Positions 57,857 through 64,000 of a stretch of 64,000 bases of DNA are shown here, in pieces. How positions within the stretch are numbered: position 1 is the first letter of the stretch; each line of letters starts with the position of its first letter. The DNA comes from the human T2T-CHM13v2.0 reference genome, Homo sapiens. The notes beneath the pieces were generated by a model. It ran no database searches, was not told the DNA's origin, and saw nothing but the letters and a program-made list of their open reading frames with translations. The stretch lies in assembly GCF_009914755.1 (NCBI RefSeq), contig NC_060926.1, one strand, 5' to 3'. Position numbers and translations under genes: made by a program.

Positions 57857-59789
57857 ACATTCCTTTACTTTCAATCTATATGTATCTTTACGGGTAAAGT
57901 GCATTTCTTGTATGCAGCATATACTTGAATCATGTTTTTAAATTCATTCAGTCTCTATCTTTTAAATGGAGAATTTAATCCATGTACATTCAAAGTTATT
58001 ACTGATATTATTGATATAACAGGTTTTGTTCCTGTCATATTGTTAATTGTTTTTTGGTTGTTTGGTGTATTCTTTGTTCCTTTTTCTGCCATTGTTTGTC
58101 ATTGTGCTTTGGTAGTTTTCTCTGTAGTACCATTTGAATCCTCTCTTTCTCCTTTGTGTGTATGCTTTACCATTGAGTTTTATACCTTTGTGTGGTTTCA
58201 TGATCATATTGCCGTCCTTTCACTTCTGGGTTTCTTGAGTATTTCTCATAGGACTGACCTAGTGTTGATGAATTCTCTCAGCTTTTGCATGTCTGGGAAA
58301 GAATTTATTTCTTTATTTATGAAGGCTAATTTTGATGCCTTCAAAAACCTGGGCTAGCAGGTTTTTATTTTCTTTCAGCACTTTGAATGTATTATTCCAT
58401 TTCTACTGGCCTGTAAGATTTCTGCTGAGTAATTTTCCATTAGTCTAATGCAAGTTTCTTTATAGACATTATACTGTTCCAGTTTTTAAAATTCTCCCTT
58501 TGCCTTAGACTTTAGACAGTTTGACTGTAATGTGCCATGGAGAAGACCTTTTTGCATTATATCTGCTTGGTGATCTCAGAGCCTTCTGTATCTTGATGTC
58601 TAAATATTTGGCTCGACTTAGGAAGTTTCCACCTATTATTTGTTAAATGGGTTTTCTAAACTTTTCCTTTTCTTTTTGCTCTTTGGAACTGCAATAGTGC
58701 AAAAATTTGGTTGCTTTATGGTGTCCCATATATTACAAAGGCTTTATTCATTTTTTAAATTCTTTTATATTTGTCTGTCTTCAAGTTATGAGATTCTTAA
58801 TTCTACTTGGTCTAGTCTATTCGTGAAGCCTTTAAATGTATTTATTTGCATTTATTCAATAAATTCTTTAGTTCCAGAAATTTTGTTTGGTTCTTTTTCT
58901 ATGATATCTATCTTATTAATTTATTATTATATCCTGAATTGTTTTTTCAATTTATTTGAATTGCTTTTCAAAATTCTCTTGAATCTCCCTGAACTTCTTT
59001 AGAATCAATACTTTAAATTACTTTTCCCAGAATGTGTTAATTTCTTTTTGATTGGGATCTATTGCTGGATAATTATTGTATCCCTTAGGATGTGTCATAT
59101 TTTCTTGCTTTTTTGTATTTCCTGTGTCCTTGCATTAATATCTGTACATCTGGTGTGTCAGTCACTTCTTCCAATATTTTGAATTTGTTTTCATAAAAGC
59201 TGTTGAGAAACTGTGAGAGAGATTTTGATAATATTAAGACCAGGGAAGCAGGAATATTTCTTCTTCTCCTTCACCAAACACAATAAAGAACTTTGGTCTT
59301 TCTCAATTTGAAGAAGCTTCTAGCCACTTCTCTACATAGACAGAAAGAGATCACCTTGTAGAAATATATCTTTGGTTTTTTGAGACTTTAGAGAAACTCA
59401 GTTTATACAAATTAAATACAGTAATAAACACTTTTAGAGAAAAAATTGTTTCAACATGGCATGACTGCACTATACCTTGTTTTTAATATTCAGAGATCTG
59501 GAAAGTATGGACCAATTTATTTAACTAGAGGTCTCTTTGGTGGTAGAGACCCAACTTTCTCTTCCTAAAGTTCAAAATTCTGGAAATTTGTCAGCTGAAT
59601 CTGCATATCCCTGATCAAGGGACATTACAAGCTAAATGATATTAATTGGCTGACCATGAGAGGAGAGTCAGGATCGATTACCTGAGCCTAACAAAAGGAC
59701 ACAAAGTTTCTTCCACAATTGATATTTCACGAAAATGACATGTGGACCTTGGAGTTTTGGGTTAGGGAATTAATAATGGTGTAAGTAGC

Positions 59790-60760
59790 AATCTCTATTA
59801 TCCACTATTGGTTCCACTTCTCTGATTGAACCCTAAGTGACATGTAATTCAGCATTGGGAATGATTCCAGAAAAAGACTCTTAAGGATGAGTTCTCTAAA
59901 TTGATTCTATGATTTATGAGATGATGTCTTAGTCCACTTTGTGCTAATGTAACAAAAAATATCATAAATTGGGTAGTTTATAAAGAAAAGAAATTGCTTT
60001 CTCACAGTTCTGGATCCTGAAAAGTCCGAGACAAAGGTGCTGACAGGTTCAGTTATTTGGTGAGGGCTTTACTCTCTGGATGGGGGGACACTGTGTCCTC
60101 ACGTGGAAAGTGGAAGGGCAAGAGACTGAACACCGTGTGAAGCTTCTTTAGTAGAGGCTTTAATCACATATGTGAGGGAGGAGCTCTTACGGCTCAATTA
60201 CCTCTTAAAGGTTCCACCTCAATACTATCTCACTAGCAACACATTAATTTTGGAGGGGACATATTCAAACCATAGAACATGAGTTCTCTAATCTGATTTG
60301 ATATAAAAACATTGACTTTGCTTCCAATGGTAAAGAAAGCACTGAAAGTACATGGCATGCAGTGGCAAAACAGTTACTCAAATTATCATGCTAAGATGCT
60401 TCTAATATAGGCAAGGCTCTGGGTGATGATGCATTTGCCCTGACAGAATATTACAGTTAAAATAAGAGAATTATATGGTTGTTTGTTTAGTTGCATCTAA
60501 CTGCACTGGAATGCTTAAGGAAAGACAATGATAAGCTTGTTACTTAAAATTCCTAGCTCAAGGCCTTACATAAGAGACATGAAAGCCTTTATGAATGACC
60601 TGGAGAAAAAGAGCTCTCTTCCTGAAGCCACAGGACCAATATTTCTAAAAATTAAAGTTTAATCTTTTGGGTGGCTGACCACAAGCACGATGAACTCTTA
60701 AACATGTTAGGCTCTCTTTTATTAAAGTTAGGACATTGATTAGGAAGAAATGAGATTCTA
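59790..60760 (+). mobile_element. ERVL-type LTR 3' end plus ERVL internal leader/gag-like remnant
   Basis: ggttccacttctctgattgaaccctaagtgaca LTR end; ttaaggatgagtt...tctctaatctgatt...gtaaagaaagcactga...catggcatg resembles the start of ERVL-int. Confidence 0.6.
59925..60277 (-). mobile_element. MLT1A/MSTD-like solo LTR
   Basis: tgtcttagtcc...ctcacagttctgga...cctcttaaaggttccacctc...attcaaaccatag; TSD gatga / catga. Confidence 0.85.
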
Positions 60761-60859
60761 ACAATTAGAATGGAAACAAATTCCAATGAATATTGGAAAT
60801 GCGAAGCAGGCTGAGAGGACTGCTCAGCTGTGAATATGTGCCACATTTCATACAAAAGT

Positions 60860-61320
60860 AAACATGACTTAAAAGAGCCTAAAAGGTAGATTTCAGAGCC
60901 ATGGAGATTTATTCCCAGGCCTTGAAACTATTTAAGAAACTCTCAACAGTAGTCCACTTGAATTTCAGGAATTCTACAGACCAGTGACTCACTTGAGCTT
61001 CCTAGTTTTAGGGTTTTTAATAGGAGTGTCTATAGTGGTTATCCTGTGTCTATCCCACCATTGTATGGCAGGTGTGTGGCAGGGAAACAGATAGTTTATA
61101 TCTTCAATTTCACAGGTCAAGATAAACTGTGTTCAAATAGTTGTACTTAAGACATTACACCTGAGAAGCCTTATCAACACCTGGACCTCATTTAAAGAAT
61201 AAGATTTTGGAGTTTGTGCTGATGCTATAGTAAAATGAGACTTTGAGTGGCCTTGGAAATGAGACAGTGTATCTCAAATGTCAGAGGGGTGTGAATCATT
61301 GGGAGTTACAGGGGACCCTG
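60860..61320 (+). mobile_element. MLT1-int 3' end
   Basis: ttattcccaggccttgaa...accagtgact...ttatcctgtgtctatcccaccattgtat...gagactttg; purine-rich PPT-like segment before the LTR. Confidence 0.72.
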
Positions 61321-62726
61321 TAGAAGGCAGCCTCTGAGATGAACCCCAATCATCTCTACCTCTTGCTATCCAGGCCTGTATATAATTACCTTGTCTTGTG
61401 TGTGGGCTGGATTCAGTGACTCATTTCCAATGAAAATGATAAGTGTTAGTAAAGATGTAAAGAAATTGTAATTCTTTAGACACTATTAGGTGTAATGTAA
61501 ACTGGTTTAGATAACATAGAAAATGGTATAGATATTTTCCAAAAAAAATTAAAAATAGAACTACCTTGTGATCCCAAAATTCTACTTCTGATTGTATATA
61601 TATGAAATAATTGAAATCAGAATCTTGGAGAGATATCTGTACCCCCTTGTTAACTGCAGCATCATTCACAATAGCCAAGGTATGGAAACAATTCAAATAT
61701 CCATTGAAAGATAAATAAAGAAAATGTTGTATACATACAGTGGAATATTATTCAGCCTTAAAAAAGTAAATTCTATTTGAGACAACATGAATGGACCTAG
61801 AGGATATACCACTAAGTTAAATAAGCCAGTCATAGAAGGGCAAATGCTGCATAATCCCACGTATATGAGGTATCTAAAGTAGTCAAATTCATACAAGCAG
61901 AAATAGAATACTGGTTGTTAGTAGATGGGGGAGGAGGAAATGGGAAATTGTTGCTAAATGGATGTAAAGTTTCAGTTATGCAAGACAAATAAGGTATAGA
62001 AATATGTTGTACAGCATGGTAACTATAATTAACAATACAGTATTGTGCACTTTGAAATATGTTAAGGGGATAGGTCTCGTGTTAAGGTATTCTTATCACA
62101 CACACACATATACACACACACAGAGACACATACAAGAAAACACAACAGAACACAAAGAAATTTCTGGAAGTAATGGGTATTTTTAGTACCTTGATTGTGG
62201 GGATGATATCAGTGGTGTATACATATGTTCAAACCATCAAAATGTATACATTAAATATTTGCAAATTTTGTAGATCATTTCAATAAAGCATCCTTAAAAA
62301 TACATCAGAAGTAATATTACTTCTGAGATTAGGTCATATGTCTGAGGTGCACTCTTCCTCAATTTGTCTTAGATCATTTGCTCTGGGTGAAGCCAGCTAC
62401 CATGTTGTGAGGTGTCTTACAGAAAGGTCCATAGAGCCAACAGCCAACAGTGAGTTGACATTATCAGTCCTACAGCCCACACGAAACTGATGTCTGCCAA
62501 AAATCTTGCAAGTGACTTTGGAAGCAAATTCTGCCCTAGCCAAGCCTTTAGAGGAGAATTCAGGCCCAGCTCACAGCTTGACTACACAGTTATGAGACCT
62601 TGAGCCAATACCAGCCATCTAAGCTGCTCCCAAACTGATGATCTACAGGATTTCTAAGATAATAAATGTTTGCAGTTTTAAGTTGCTAAATATTGGAGTA
62701 ATTTACAACAATATATAATTAATATA
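61321..62726 (+). mobile_element. MLT1F-like LTR split by L1MA10/L1MB
   Basis: tgtagaaggcagcctctgagatg...gtgggctggattcagtgactc | gaagccagctaccatgttgtgagg...ataataaatgttt...ttttaagttgctaa. Confidence 0.82.
61433..62300 (+). mobile_element. L1MA10/L1MB 3' end
   Basis: aaaatagaactacc...caatagccaag...gtttcagttatgcaaga...taccttgattgtgg...caataaagc. Confidence 0.85.
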
Positions 62727-62886
62727 GTACTTCTAAAATGAATGAACAAAATTATAAGAGATATAGACTGTGTTTCTGATGGCAGTATCCCAAATTTTCT
62801 TACAAAGCAACTGAAAACTTCAGCAGTTTCCAAATACATGGGTTCTATATACATGGATTTAAACAACCATATATTAAAAATTTTTT

Positions 62887-63492
<606 letters not shown>

Positions 63493-64000
63493 TTTAATTG
63501 TGTTTATAGTGACCACACACAGACTTTTTTCCTTGTCATTATTCCCTAAAAATTACAACTATTTATACAGCACTTACATTGGATTAGGTATTATAAGTAA
63601 TCTAGAGATAGTTTAAAGTATACAGGAGGATGTGCATAGGTTATATGCAAACACTAAAATATTTTATATGAGGAACTTGAGCATCCATGGACTTGGATAT
63701 CTGTGTGAGGTCCTGAAATGAATTCCCCACAGATTCCAAGGGACCACCACAAATCTAGGAGACTTTTCAAGGGGTGGGTATATTTTCTGGGCTAGTTTCG
63801 ATTTCATACCTTTTTCATTATTGCAGATTCTATTTTGAGGATCCAGCATTCCTTTATTTCTTTGTACCCCAAATACTAGAATTCAACTTCATTGTTTCAA
63901 AGTCTTTACTATTAAGTTAGCCTTTGTATATTCAATGCTACAAGTACGTCTTAACCACTGAATCTTTATCAGTTGATTTTCAGTTCAGGGTCTCCTTCTA

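Noticed and set aside
57932-59002. Hydrophobic 141-aa and 120-aa ORFs resembling membrane proteins
   Set aside because: Antisense frames of T-rich L1 sequence.
59886-60300. Apparent ~20-bp direct repeat (atgagttctctaa..tgatt) flanking the MLT1A LTR
   Set aside because: Similar internal repetition exists in the ERVL leader as I recall it; the real TSD is the 5-bp gatga/catga.

Overview
AT-rich, repeat-dense primate (AluY and L1PA2-like elements present, so probably human or great ape) non-coding DNA, intergenic or deep intronic. I find no credible host protein-coding exon, RNA gene, CpG island or CRISPR-like array. The only meaningful ORFs are broken LINE-1 ORF2 pieces; the other listed ORFs are Alu, L1, LTR or low-complexity artefacts. 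The window is a layered record of transposon insertions: a twin-primed (5'-inverted) L1PA at the start, a young L1PA2-like stub with a perfect 16-bp TSD, about 18 Alus, many MaLR/ERV1/ERVL LTRs (including a two-LTR MLT1F-type provirus), ancient L1M/L2/MIR fragments, MER2/MER1/MER5A DNA transposons and several microsatellites. I see no evidence of a new biological system. The most unusual signals are structural: (i) several templated-insertion, end-joining-like scars, one at a 32-bp palindrome that replaces about 170 bp of an L1MA; (ii) a ~3-kb inverted pair of old L1 5' ends containing a locally duplicated segment; (iii) an apparently chimeric ERVL/MaLR element; (iv) nested insertions that give relative ages. 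All subfamily names come from recalled consensus sequences, not from a database search, and boundaries of old repeats are approximate.
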